Positions 38,455 through 48,458 are shown, counted from the stretch's first letter. The stretch is 64,000 bases of DNA from Bythopirellula sp. (GCA_965216565.1 OZ244170.1:2848001-2912000), one strand, 5' to 3'. Numbers and translations: made by a program. Notes: generated by a model from the letters alone, not told the origin.

Positions 38455-40392
38455 ATGTTTTTAACAGCACTCGTGGCTGCCCTTTCGCTCACGGCGACCT
38501 CAGCCCGGGGAGTGGTGCCTAGCGATCAACTCATGTCAGAGAACACGCGTGGCTATGCCTCGATTCCTGACATCGAAGAGCTAGCCACAAAATGGAATCA
38601 AACTCAAATGGGCCATCTCGTGCGCGACGAAGCCATGAAGCCCTTCATGGACGACTTGAAGCGACAACTACGTCGGAAGATTACCGGCGTGAAGGATAAG
38701 CTTGGCATCGAACTCTCCGATCTGCGTGACGTGGCGGGCGGCGAGATTGGGCTCGGCTTAGTGGAATTTGAGAACGAGCGAGCGGTTGTCGCCCTGACGG
38801 TCGACGTTACCGGCAACGAGAAGAAACTCAACAAGTTGCTCACGAAGGTAGACAAAGAACTCACCAAGCGTAAGGCAACCAAGGACAACGCTAATTTTGC
38901 CGACACCGAGCTTACGATCTATACCATTCCGCCTAAGAAAGAAGACGACCCTGTGCTGACGGCCGTTTTCTTCACCAAAGACAACATGCTTTGTGCGAGC
39001 GACAATCGTAGCGAAGCGGAACGTATGATCCATCGCTTCGAAGGCAGCAAGTGTTTGGCCAATATCAAGCAGTATCAAGCAACCATGCAGCAGTGCGAGC
39101 AGGAGTCGGGCGGCATCGCTCCTCAGCTCCGCTGGTTCCTCGATCCATTTGGTTACGCCCGCGCCGTGCGTTCGTTCAAAGACGCAAATGAAAAGTCGCG
39201 TGGCAAAGATTACGTCAAGATTCTCAGCTCCCAAGGATTCGAGGCCGTCCAAGGTGCCGGTGGATATGTAAGTCTGTCCGTGGGCGGTGCCTACGAGATG
39301 CTTCATCGCACAAGCGTCTACGCTCCTGCCGTTGAAGGCGCTCCAGATAAGTACGAGCTAGCTATGCGGATGATGGATTTCCCCAACTCGGACAATCTGG
39401 AAGCCCAAGATTGGCTGCCGCGAAAACTGGCTTGCTACCGAACTTTTAATTGCAATCTCGACAATGCGTTCGAGAACTTCGACTCTCTGTTCGATGCCAT
39501 TGCTGGTTACGACGATGCCTTTGCCGGAGTACTTGAAGGTTTGGAAAAAGATCCCTATGGCCCGCAGGTGGACGTCCGCAAGGATTTCATTGCCCATCTC
39601 GGACAACGCCTGACTCTGGTAACTGATTACGAAGTCCCAATCACTCCTAAGTGCGAGCGATTCCTACTTGTGCTGGAAGTGACCGACTCTGAGGCAATCG
39701 CCGAAACGGTAAAGAAGTTTATGGAGAGCGATCGAAATGCTATCCAAACCGATTTCCAAGGCAATGTAGTTTGGGAAATCCGAGAAGCGCAGCAAGAGGT
39801 TCCCGATTTGGATATTGCTGTGGCTGATTTGGATTTGCTGGCCCCAGTCGAAGCAGGCCCCGTAACCGACGGTGGTGAGGGAGCCTTGGCGAGCTCGGCT
39901 GTGAGCGTGGTCGATAATCACTTGTTTATTGCGTCGCATGTCGATTTCTTGAAAGAAGTTCTCAGCGAAAATGCTCCCCAAACGGGTCTGTCCACGGCAG
40001 GCGACTACCGCGAGGTGAATCGGGCCATGTCGCAACTTTCGCCCGGCGAAGCCGCGGCACGCTTTTTCATGCGTACGGACGAAGCTTATCGCCCCGTCTA
40101 CGAGCTGTTGCGGCAGGGCAAAATGCCTGAGAGCGAAACGCTGTTGGGACGCATCCTCAATCGATTGCTGACTCCACCGGATGACGAAGAAGAGGGCATC
40201 CTCCGCGAGCAGAAAATTGATGGCCGGCAGTTGCCCGACTTCGAAATGGTACGCCGCTACTTTAGCCCGGCTGGGACATTGATTCGCAGCCACGAAGACG
40301 GCTGGTTCGTTGTTGGTGCGACGCTTAGCAAGCTCGCCCCTCAAGCACGGGCGGAGACTAGTTCGGAGACTTCCGCAGGAACACTGCGTTAG
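38455..40392 (+). CDS. Large secreted hypothetical protein (DUF3352-like)
   Basis: Long uninterrupted ORF; signal peptide MFLTALVAALSLTATSARG. Start and family uncertain. Confidence 0.65.
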   Translation: MFLTALVAALSLTATSARGVVPSDQLMSENTRGYASIPDIEELATKWNQTQMGHLVRDEAMKPFMDDLKRQLRRKITGVKDKLGIELSDLRDVAGGEIGLGLVEFENERAVVALTVDVTGNEKKLNKLLTKVDKELTKRKATKDNANFADTELTIYTIPPKKEDDPVLTAVFFTKDNMLCASDNRSEAERMIHRFEGSKCLANIKQYQATMQQCEQESGGIAPQLRWFLDPFGYARAVRSFKDANEKSRGKDYVKILSSQGFEAVQGAGGYVSLSVGGAYEMLHRTSVYAPAVEGAPDKYELAMRMMDFPNSDNLEAQDWLPRKLACYRTFNCNLDNAFENFDSLFDAIAGYDDAFAGVLEGLEKDPYGPQVDVRKDFIAHLGQRLTLVTDYEVPITPKCERFLLVLEVTDSEAIAETVKKFMESDRNAIQTDFQGNVVWEIREAQQEVPDLDIAVADLDLLAPVEAGPVTDGGEGALASSAVSVVDNHLFIASHVDFLKEVLSENAPQTGLSTAGDYREVNRAMSQLSPGEAAARFFMRTDEAYRPVYELLRQGKMPESETLLGRILNRLLTPPDDEEEGILREQKIDGRQLPDFEMVRRYFSPAGTLIRSHEDGWFVVGATLSKLAPQARAETSSETSAGTLR

Positions 40393-40402
40393 TTCTGAGC
40401 CT

Positions 40403-40485
40403 TGCATTGCGTGGCAATGCGGCTAAAGCCTACGGACAGCACGTTCTGCGCTCCTTACATGCGAGCCGCATTGCCATGCAATGCA
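40403..40485. repeat. REP doublet (22-bp inverted repeat, 1 mismatch)
   Basis: TGCATTGCGTGGCAATGCGGCT (40403-40424) / AGCCGCATTGCCATGCAATGCA (40464-40485). Confidence 0.75.
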
Positions 40486-40495
40486 TGGCAGAAAA

Positions 40496-40594
40496 GGAAT
40501 CGAGAAAAAAAACTTCCGCAATTTATATTGCCCCCTCACCTAGCCTCTCCCCAAAGGGGCGAGGGACTATGGAGAAGTTTTTTTTCTCGATTCC
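40496..40594. repeat. Perfect 21-bp inverted repeat enclosing a CCCTCACC...GAGGG hairpin motif
   Basis: GGAATCGAGAAAAAAAACTTC (40496-40516) / GAAGTTTTTTTTCTCGATTCC (40574-40594). Confidence 0.75.
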
Positions 40595-40607
40595 ACAAGC
40601 TCACACT

Positions 40608-42995
40608 CTATCTCCCTCCGACCTCGATTTTTGCCCAGAAGGGGCGTAAGCGATCGGTGCGGGTACGCACATCTTCCAGCAACACTTCCAGCTGCGGCTC
40701 GATGCGAGTGCGGCCGCTGGTGAGCTTGTTGCCGTTGAGCGTGATCCTCACGGGCTTGTCGAAGTCGACAATCTCCGGGCCCAGCCAGATGGTTGTCTCG
40801 GCCGATGCCGATCGGGCCGAAAGCACATTCTCTTTGAGGATCTTCGCTTCGACCTCCGTCGGACGGGCACCCTTCACCCAGTTTTGGGGATAGACGGGAT
40901 TGGGAAACTCGCGGCCTTCGATCCACCAAAAGAAATTGTCCCAAGGTCGCATCGTGCGGCAGACAAATTCCTTGGGCGGTCCCGAACGAGATTGACGCCC
41001 CATCCAGTCAAATAATCGGAGGATTTCGTCGTGGAACGATTCGTGGCCGCGGCCGTGATACTCGGCCACCGTAACGTCGAACCGTTTTTTGAGATACTGA
41101 TTCCAAGACTGTTCGTTCTGCGACATCTTATTGCCATCGAGTTCGCCGGCAACAAAGTACAGCGGCACGTGCTCGAGATTTTTCCAATAGTGGCTGACGT
41201 ATTTGTCCCCCACAGCAACAAATGGAATCGCCCCGGCCCACAAATCGGGGTGCGCCTGCGCAAAGTCCCAAGCGGCCTCGCCACCAATGCCGTGGCCCGA
41301 GAGATAGACGCGGTCGGTATCGATTCCAAACCGACGGCAGGCATCGCGGAGGCAGGTGAGGACCGCCTCGTGCTCGCGGAGCGAGTATTCATAGCGGAAC
41401 TGCTGCGGTTTCTGCCAGTCGACAGACAGTGTGATATAACCATGCCGCATAGCCTGGCCGTTGCGCGGGCCGACTGGCTCGCCGGAACGATCCCTGCGAA
41501 TGGAGCCCGCCCAGAAATCGAGTTCCTGCAAGGGCGAGTTGTGCGCTCCATTCAGGGCGACAATCATGGGGTAGTGTCGATAGCGATCGTATTCAGGAGG
41601 TAGTTGTACGAAATAGCGAAAATTGCCGTGCTCGGTGCGACCCTCGGCCGACAATTCCAGTGCATCGAACTTGCCACCCTCCTGCTGAGGAACTTCCCAC
41701 GGCGGCGCGAGGTGAGCAATCAGCTCGGCGACGTTCTCCACCGAGGCCCCTTTCATACTGCCGATCGATTCCAGTAACGCGAGGCGCTGGTGTGCCATCG
41801 GCTCGCGAAGGTACTTCAAGACGCCCTGCCGAATTGTGATCAACGACACGGCCGCGGCAAAGTCTTGTTTCGCATTGTTGCCACCTAGCAACCAACCAGA
41901 AATCGCCAGGGCTACTTTCTGTTCGGCAGAGAGCGAACTATCGTCGAAGAGTTGATCGAATGGCACCATCCGCTCGACCGTGCCCTGAGTGAGATCGGTA
42001 ATAATCTCTTTGACGACCGGTGAAATCAGTTCGCGCTGCTCCGGATCGGAAATCTGTCCGGCGGTGGCCTGCAATTGCTGACCCAGTCGTTGCACACGTG
42101 CCTGGGCGCCTTCATACTGGCCAATCATTTCCCGAACGCGTTGCAGAGTTTCGCCAGAGACCTCCTCGGTGGGAAAGTTAGTGAGCAATCGCGTCACCAA
42201 GGGGTACTGTCCGGCATCGTGGCGGAGTTCAATTTCGTCCAGCACCCGTTTGGCACCCATTTGCCGTAGTTGGCGGGCTTGTTGCTGAAGTTCGCGCCGA
42301 TCGGGGAAGCGATCCATCAACGCCTGCAGTTCGACACGGGCATCGTAGTAGTGCTGGCCTTGAAGATAAAATCGAACGACCTCCAACCATTTGTCGGCAT
42401 CGTCCCGCGACACAACCTTAGCCAATATTTCTTTGAGTTGCGCTTTGGGGATGGAACTCGTTGCTAAGCGCATGTCCCATTGCACTTTTCTCGTAGAACC
42501 CTTGAGAGACTCAAGCTTCGCAAAACGATGATTCAGTTCGGTAATCCCTTGGATCACTGCCAACGGGCCTTCTCGAGTCTGCATCTCGTAAATACGACGG
42601 CCATAAGCATCGAACGGGGTGAGTCCCAAACTGGGGCCGACGCTGCCGACGGTGGTGCTGCCATGTGCCAGCGGCTGGTCGATGCGGATGGTGACCATCT
42701 GCGTCGGCACTTGTTCGAGCAACTCAGTCACGCGCAACTTGGGCACGAAGGTTCGTCGCAGGCCATCGTCGACGACGACGATGGGCAGTGGCTTGCCCTC
42801 GCCCTCGGGATCGGGATTGGCGACAATCTTGTCGATCACGCCTGGGGTTTTGGCGAACTTGCCTTCCAGAATGCGGCCGTCATCCATACGGATCCGCTGC
42901 CCGTTGGCGGGACCAGCCAACCAGCCGCAAAGGGCCCAGGCGAGGAGGCCCACGCTCCAAAGGTTTCGAGAGGTTCTTGTTCCGATGTTTACCAC
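40608..42995 (-). CDS. Secreted alpha/beta-hydrolase-fold protein (esterase/peptidase-like), nucleophile Ser replaced by Gly
   Basis: Signal peptide; YFVQLPPEYD...YPMIVALNG; IDTDRVYLSGHGIGG; GELD; GRGHE. Confidence 0.78.
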   Translation of the reverse strand: MVNIGTRTSRNLWSVGLLAWALCGWLAGPANGQRIRMDDGRILEGKFAKTPGVIDKIVANPDPEGEGKPLPIVVVDDGLRRTFVPKLRVTELLEQVPTQMVTIRIDQPLAHGSTTVGSVGPSLGLTPFDAYGRRIYEMQTREGPLAVIQGITELNHRFAKLESLKGSTRKVQWDMRLATSSIPKAQLKEILAKVVSRDDADKWLEVVRFYLQGQHYYDARVELQALMDRFPDRRELQQQARQLRQMGAKRVLDEIELRHDAGQYPLVTRLLTNFPTEEVSGETLQRVREMIGQYEGAQARVQRLGQQLQATAGQISDPEQRELISPVVKEIITDLTQGTVERMVPFDQLFDDSSLSAEQKVALAISGWLLGGNNAKQDFAAAVSLITIRQGVLKYLREPMAHQRLALLESIGSMKGASVENVAELIAHLAPPWEVPQQEGGKFDALELSAEGRTEHGNFRYFVQLPPEYDRYRHYPMIVALNGAHNSPLQELDFWAGSIRRDRSGEPVGPRNGQAMRHGYITLSVDWQKPQQFRYEYSLREHEAVLTCLRDACRRFGIDTDRVYLSGHGIGGEAAWDFAQAHPDLWAGAIPFVAVGDKYVSHYWKNLEHVPLYFVAGELDGNKMSQNEQSWNQYLKKRFDVTVAEYHGRGHESFHDEILRLFDWMGRQSRSGPPKEFVCRTMRPWDNFFWWIEGREFPNPVYPQNWVKGARPTEVEAKILKENVLSARSASAETTIWLGPEIVDFDKPVRITLNGNKLTSGRTRIEPQLEVLLEDVRTRTDRLRPFWAKIEVGGR

Positions 42996-43227
42996 GTCGT
43001 CTCTGTTCGCTGCTCGTTAAAACCTGTGTCGGTCACAGATTGACCACTTCTCCGCCCTAATTCCATTGTGGGCCGCAACCATCTGGAGTCAATTTGCAAC
43101 TGGTCGGCGAATCCATGAGAGCATTGACAGGCAGCCACCCAGAGTTGGAAAATGCCCCTGGTTTGTCACAATATAACGGTTACAAAGATTACACAGACCA
43201 CAGCCACCTTGGGGAGACACGTAAGCG

Positions 43228-43464
43228 ATGAATACCAGAACTGCCGTGAAGTCGCTGTTGACGCTCGTCTTGGGGCTGCCTGTGATCCAAGCCGTGCTGG
43301 TCTGGGTCGGTGGTTTGCTCGGTACCATGGGAGACGAGGCGACCCAATCAGTACTGAAGACCGTAAACACCACCCTGGGCATTGTATGGCTGACGAGTCT
43401 GGTGGGACTCCTCGTGGTCTTGGCGATGCAGTCGTTGGAAGATCGCGACAGGCCACTTGAGTAA
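43228..43464 (+). CDS. Small two-TM membrane protein
   Basis: GGGAGA upstream; two hydrophobic helices. Confidence 0.65.
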   Translation: MNTRTAVKSLLTLVLGLPVIQAVLVWVGGLLGTMGDEATQSVLKTVNTTLGIVWLTSLVGLLVVLAMQSLEDRDRPLE

Positions 43465-43507
43465 GGGGCGATTGCCAGGAACAGATGTCGCCTGCACAAT
43501 CGAGACT

Positions 43508-44899
43508 ATGGAAAAAATCAACCGCGAGAGTCTGCTCCACGATCCCATCCACGGCTATATCCCGTTTGTTTCCATTGTCGATCCAGGCGAAACCGCGGAG
43601 CGGACGCTACTCGATCACCCTTGGCTGCAACGGCTGCGACAGATTCACCAATTGCAAACTGCCTGGTGGGTCTACCCTTCGGCCGAGCATACTAGATTTC
43701 AGCACGTGGTGGGTGCCATGCACATGGCGAGCCGGGTGGTGGATAGTTTGTACGGCAGCCTGCAGGAAGTGTGCCCCGACGTGCCTAGTCGGGGATATGT
43801 GGAATGCCTAGCGCGGATGGCTGCTCTGCTGCACGACGTGGGCCATGGCCCTTTCGGGCACTTCTTCGATGCGCATTTCTTAAGTGAATATAACCTGACA
43901 CACGAGACCTTGGGCGCGCACATCATTCAGCACGAACTGGGAGATCTCCTCAAGAATGTGCGCACGTGTCCCAACAGCCGACTGGCGGATGGCGAAACCC
44001 TCGATCCCGGTCAAGTCGCCTGGCTCATCACGCGGCCAACCTCCGACGAAGTCGATCGACCGCGGTGGATGGTGATGCTACGTAGCCTGTTCTGCGGGCT
44101 GTACACGGTCGACAACATGGACTTCGTACTCCGCGATGCCTACATGTCTGGCTATAGCAGCCGATCGTATGATCTCGATCGACTGCTGAGGTACAGTTTT
44201 TTTAGCGATAAAGGGCTCACCATCCACGAACGGGGGCTCAACGCCCTGGTGCGATTCCGGCAGGCTCGGAGCGAACTGTTTCGGTCGATCTATTTCCATC
44301 GCACGGTACGGGCCATCGACGAAACGCTCAAAGGATTGTTCCGCGACAGCCGAGGGATGCTGTTCCCCGGCAATCCACTGGAGCATTTGGGCGAGTATCG
44401 GCACTTCACCGAATGGTCGCTACTAGTGGATGTCGCACGTTGGCACGAAAGCGAGGACCCCGCCAAACGGGATCTCGCGCCACGATGGGAAGCGATTCTC
44501 TCACGGCAAGTCGACTGGGAAATGGTCGACGAACGAATTCGGCTCGACCCGCACTCCACCGACGTTTTCCGCCAGGGGAAAGAAGTCGCCGAGCAAGCCT
44601 TACGGCATAAACTCCCGGCAGATCTACAAGATATCGCGCTTGCGATCGATCTGCCGACTTACATTGATCGCCCCGATCCGAAGACGCCTGCCGCCGGGCA
44701 GAATTTTCTCTATCGTTCTGCCACCGGCCAGGTGCGTCCCCTGACGGACAACGAACTCTACAAACACTTGCCGGTGAGCCAGCTTGCCTGCCGCGTGTAT
44801 CTTCCCAAAGGGGCTCCGACCGAGCATATCAAAGCGGTGGCTGAAGCGCTCGATGCTTTGCTGGGGAGCGCGAGTGGCGATGATCTCACGAATATGTGA
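43508..44899 (+). CDS. HD-domain phosphohydrolase (SAMHD1-like dNTPase family)
   Basis: DPIHGYI, LQRLRQIHQL, YPSAEHTRFQH, LLHDVGHGPFGH, DNMDFVLRD, IYFHR. Confidence 0.88.
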   Translation: MEKINRESLLHDPIHGYIPFVSIVDPGETAERTLLDHPWLQRLRQIHQLQTAWWVYPSAEHTRFQHVVGAMHMASRVVDSLYGSLQEVCPDVPSRGYVECLARMAALLHDVGHGPFGHFFDAHFLSEYNLTHETLGAHIIQHELGDLLKNVRTCPNSRLADGETLDPGQVAWLITRPTSDEVDRPRWMVMLRSLFCGLYTVDNMDFVLRDAYMSGYSSRSYDLDRLLRYSFFSDKGLTIHERGLNALVRFRQARSELFRSIYFHRTVRAIDETLKGLFRDSRGMLFPGNPLEHLGEYRHFTEWSLLVDVARWHESEDPAKRDLAPRWEAILSRQVDWEMVDERIRLDPHSTDVFRQGKEVAEQALRHKLPADLQDIALAIDLPTYIDRPDPKTPAAGQNFLYRSATGQVRPLTDNELYKHLPVSQLACRVYLPKGAPTEHIKAVAEALDALLGSASGDDLTNM

Positions 44900-45006
44900 G
44901 GGGTGAGGGGCTAGGAGCTAGAGGCTAGGGGTTAGAGCTTCCACGGTAGCCGCGATCCGATGGATCGCCGGGGCCCATATCGTCCGCGCCCGCCGAAGAT
45001 TAGGAA

Positions 45007-45140
45007 GTAGGGTGGGTGGAGCACGTCCAGTTGTGGTGGGTTACGTGAGCTAGTAGATTTAAATTCAAAATAGACCATAGCCCGACCGTAAACTGAGTGC
45101 GTAACCCACCTGAATACTTCGCTCACTCCACCCACCCTAC
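45007..45140. repeat. GTAG-type REP inverted pair (REPIN-like)
   Basis: GTAGGGTGGGTGGAG / CTCCACCCACCCTAC ends, with an inner GGTGGGTTACG / CGTAACCCACC pair. Confidence 0.8.
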
Positions 45141-45200
45141 AGTCTAGGCTTCATAGCGATCCCGTGCCTGTCCCCATTTCAAGCGGTGCCGCAGTAGTCC

Positions 45201-45286
45201 GTCGAAAAAAGGGACAGGCACGACGACCCGTCGTGTGCTCAGGTGCAGACCGTTATCGCGCGTCGAGCCAGTCCCCTTTTTTCGAC
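45201..45286 (+). repeat. MITE-like dispersed repeat, family B, copy 1
   Basis: GTCGAAAAAAGGGACAGGC ... GCCAGTCCCCTTTTTTCGAC terminal inverted repeats; copies at 49753-49839 and 57010-57096. Confidence 0.8.
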
Positions 45287-45411
45287 TTCTGGACCTGCGC
45301 AGTTGAACTAGAGCTGCCGGGGCCCGTATCGTTCGCATCCACCAAAGATTAGAATAGAGGTAGGCGTTACGAACAGAATCCCTGCCCTCTCACCCCGTCC
45401 CCTGCCCCTCC

Positions 45412-46833
45412 ATGGACACCTACGACAATCCGCTGATCAGCCGTTACGCTTCCGCCGCAATGAGTCGGCTATTCAGCCCGCAACATCGGCACAGCACCTG
45501 GCGGCGGCTGTGGATAGCTTTGGCCGAAGCGGAGGCCGAACTGGGATTGCCGGTTACCGCCACGCAAATCGAGCAACTCAAGTCGCACGTCGACGATATC
45601 GATTTCCAAGCCGCTGCCAAGTACGAGCGTGAATTGCGGCACGACGTGATGGCCCACGTGCACGCCTACGGGGATCAATGCCCCGAAGCGAAACCGATCA
45701 TTCACCTGGGGGCCACAAGTTGCTTTGTTACCGACAATGCCGAGCTGCTATTAGTGCGCGATGCCATGCAGCTAGTCTGTGGGCGTTTGGCGGGAGTGAT
45801 CAATGCCCTGGGGTCCTTTGCCCAAGCGCATCGCGATTTGCCGACACTGGGATTCACCCACTTGCAACCGGCGCAGCCGACAACCGTCGGTCGTCGGGCC
45901 TGCTTGTGGGCGTACGATTTGGCGCTCGATTTGGCAGAGCTGGAACATCGCCTGGGTTCGCTCAAGGCGCGAAGCACCAAAGGCACCACCGGTACCCAAG
46001 CCAGTTTTCTCAAACTGTTCGATGGCGATCACAATAAAGTGCGGCAGCTAGAAACACTGGTTGCCCAGAAGATGGGATTCGACTCCAGCTACGCCGTCAC
46101 CGGGCAGACCTACCCGCGCAAGATCGATGCTCAAATGCTCGATGCCCTCAGTGGTGTGGCAACGTCCGCACACAAGGCGGCCACCGACGTGCGGATACTG
46201 GCGCATCGCAAAGAGATCGAAGAACCGTTTGAGAAAAGCCAGATTGGCTCGTCCGCCATGCCGTACAAACGCAACCCGATGCGGACCGAGCGTATCTGCA
46301 GCCTGGCCCGGTTTGTGACGAGCCTGCAAACCAGCCCCGTTGCCACAGCCGCCACCCAGTGGATGGAGCGCACCCTGGACGACAGCGCCAACCGACGGCT
46401 GGTGATTCCGCAAGCTTTTTTGGCCGTCGATGCGGTGTTGATTCTTTATCACAATGTCGCGTCGGGTTTGGTCGTGTACCCAGAGGTGATCGCCCGCAAC
46501 CTTCGCGAGGAGGTACCATTCATGGCGTCGGAAAACATTCTGATGGCCGCGGTTTCCGCAGGAGGCGATCGGCAAGAGCTGCACGAACGCATCCGCCAGC
46601 ACAGTCAAGCTGCTTCTGCGGAAGTGAAACAGCACGGCAAGCCGAACGATCTGCTCGAGCGCCTTGCCGCAGACGACGCATTCCAAGGAGTCGACCTGGC
46701 CGCCGCAGTGGACCCCGCGTCGCTAACCGGTCGCAGTAGAGAACAGGTTGATGAATTTCTGGGCGAAGTCGTCGAACCGATCCGCAAACGCTATGCGGAT
46801 CGAAAAGTTGAAGATGAGGAGTTGCGGGTGTGA
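45412..46833 (+). CDS. purB: Adenylosuccinate lyase
   Basis: [54 protein letters not shown]. Confidence 0.96.
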   Translation: MDTYDNPLISRYASAAMSRLFSPQHRHSTWRRLWIALAEAEAELGLPVTATQIEQLKSHVDDIDFQAAAKYERELRHDVMAHVHAYGDQCPEAKPIIHLGATSCFVTDNAELLLVRDAMQLVCGRLAGVINALGSFAQAHRDLPTLGFTHLQPAQPTTVGRRACLWAYDLALDLAELEHRLGSLKARSTKGTTGTQASFLKLFDGDHNKVRQLETLVAQKMGFDSSYAVTGQTYPRKIDAQMLDALSGVATSAHKAATDVRILAHRKEIEEPFEKSQIGSSAMPYKRNPMRTERICSLARFVTSLQTSPVATAATQWMERTLDDSANRRLVIPQAFLAVDAVLILYHNVASGLVVYPEVIARNLREEVPFMASENILMAAVSAGGDRQELHERIRQHSQAASAEVKQHGKPNDLLERLAADDAFQGVDLAAAVDPASLTGRSREQVDEFLGEVVEPIRKRYADRKVEDEELRV

Positions 46834-46922
46834 TAAAAGCGTACCTTTTCAGCTCTCGATTGTCTTGACCCTCCTCTGCTTGCACCAGATAATACAATAG
46901 TAACTTCGCGAGAATCCTAACT

Positions 46923-47150
46923 ATGAACCGCATTACAATCGACGACGCATTGAAGACGCAGCTATTCGGCAATACCGAGCCAATGGAATTGTGCGATTCG
47001 AATGGCTCGCCTTTGGGTCACTTTGTACCAATCGTTCCTGTTGGCCGAGATGATAACTGCCCCTATGAAGAGGAAGATCTCAAACGAATGCGTGCCGAAC
47101 AAGGCGGACGCACTTGGGATGAGATCAAGAAATCTTTGGGTTCAGAATGA
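46923..47150 (+). CDS. Putative type II antitoxin
   Basis: 75 aa; acidic C-terminal part ending GGRTWDEIKKSL; ATGA overlap with the RelE-like gene. Confidence 0.6.
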   Translation: MNRITIDDALKTQLFGNTEPMELCDSNGSPLGHFVPIVPVGRDDNCPYEEEDLKRMRAEQGGRTWDEIKKSLGSE

Positions 47151-47398
47151 AGTTTACTGTGGTATGGAGACCCTCTGCCGAAGCCAAGCTAGCCGACATT
47201 TGGGCCGCTGCTGAAAATCGTCAAGATGTGACGTTGGCTTCGGACTCAATTGACTCTTTACTCAAGAATTCGCCCTCAGAAGTAGGCGAGTCGAGAGAAG
47301 AGAATAGCCGATTTCTTAGTGTTCCACCTCTTGCGGTTTATTACGACGTACTTGATCAAGATCGCATGGTTTTTGTGTGGGCAGTTTGGCAGATCTAA
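47147..47398 (+). CDS. RelE/ParE-like toxin
   Basis: FTVVWRPSAEAKLADIW ... LAVYYDV..QDRMVFVWAVW has the RelE/ParE size and pattern. Confidence 0.68.
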   Translation: MKFTVVWRPSAEAKLADIWAAAENRQDVTLASDSIDSLLKNSPSEVGESREENSRFLSVPPLAVYYDVLDQDRMVFVWAVWQI

Positions 47399-47403
47399 TT
47401 AAT

Positions 47404-48381
47404 TCACCCCGGCAGCGTGATATCCAGCACGATTGAAGGCTCGTTGGGTGTGGCCTCGACTGCACCGGCTGCGGCGGGGAGCAAGCAGGTTTGTCCCGTA
47501 GTAAGGGGTTTCTCGGTTGGGTCGCCTGAAATGTCCAGGCTGCCATCGATTCCCACGAGCAGATGGAATCGCTCATCGCCACCGATTGATTGAGGAGCGG
47601 TAAGTTGGCAGCGGTCGAGGGCAAACTTGTCGCAGTCGACGAGCCGTTGGCGTCCCTCCTGCTGAGTGGGTTGCGGCTTGACGGGGTCGACCGGTCCGCG
47701 CTCGAAGTCGATCGTTTCCAGCGACTGTTCGATGTGCAAGGGCCTGGGGTTCCCTTCGGCATCGACGCGATTGAAATCATAAAGTCGGAACGTGGTGTCG
47801 CTGGCCTGCTGAATTTCGGCAATCACCAAACCCGCGCCCAACGCATGGACTGTGCCCGCCTGGATGAACACGCACTGCCCCACCTCGGGCTCGAACTCGT
47901 GCAGACAGCGTTCGCACTCGCCGGCCTCCAGGGCTTGTCGTAGTTGCTCGCGAGAGACGTCCGGCTTTAAGCCCGCATAAATCTTGCTTCCGGGCTCTGC
48001 CGCCAGCACCAGCCACGCCTCTGTCTTCCCCAGGTCGGGCGGATCGAGCTTGGCCCCTTGCTCGTCGTTGGGATGGACCTGGACCGAGAGCGTGCGGTTG
48101 CAATCGAGAAACTTGAACAGCAACGGAAATTGATTCTGCGGAGCGTGTTTGCCAAAGAGAGATTCGGTGTGCTGCTGCACAAGCTGCTTGAGGGTTAGCC
48201 CCTCTGCATTTCCCGCCAATACGACACTCTGGTCTTCGCCATGATCGACCACCTCCCAGCTCTCGGCATAGTCGTCGCCGTCGCCGAGCTGTTTGTCGAG
48301 CATCGTGGCCAGCCGGCGGCCTCCCCATAGGTAACGTCGGAATAGGGGTTGGAATCTCAAGGGATAATCGCAGCTTGGCAT
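47404..48381 (-). CDS. manA: Type I mannose-6-phosphate isomerase
   Basis: WGGRRL, AESWE, FPLLFKFLD...LSVQVHP, GKTEAW, GTVHA, EIQQASDTTFRLYD. Confidence 0.93.
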   Translation of the reverse strand: MPSCDYPLRFQPLFRRYLWGGRRLATMLDKQLGDGDDYAESWEVVDHGEDQSVVLAGNAEGLTLKQLVQQHTESLFGKHAPQNQFPLLFKFLDCNRTLSVQVHPNDEQGAKLDPPDLGKTEAWLVLAAEPGSKIYAGLKPDVSREQLRQALEAGECERCLHEFEPEVGQCVFIQAGTVHALGAGLVIAEIQQASDTTFRLYDFNRVDAEGNPRPLHIEQSLETIDFERGPVDPVKPQPTQQEGRQRLVDCDKFALDRCQLTAPQSIGGDERFHLLVGIDGSLDISGDPTEKPLTTGQTCLLPAAAGAVEATPNEPSIVLDITLPG

Positions 48382-48393
48382 TTCTAGACTGTG

Positions 48394-48458
48394 CTCCTAG
48401 TTGGGGCTCCTGGATGGAGTTCCTGGTTGGGGCTCCTGGTTGGGGCTCCTGGTTGGGG
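48394..48458. repeat. 13-bp tandem repeat, 5 copies
   Basis: Consensus CTCCTGGTTGGGG; copies start at 48394, 48407, 48420, 48433, 48446. Confidence 0.9.

Noticed and set aside
43508..44899. Antiphage dNTPase defence system
   Set aside because: Housekeeping neighbourhood with no other defence genes; cannot be told from an ordinary HD phosphohydrolase on sequence alone.
45144..45338. Short ORF resembling 56901-57146 (KGTGST...STRRVVVPVPFF)
   Set aside because: The similarity is fully explained by the family-B DNA repeat; no independent coding evidence.
48394..48458. Possible CRISPR array (also the duplications at 30035-30174)
   Set aside because: Units are contiguous with no unique spacers, and there are no cas genes.
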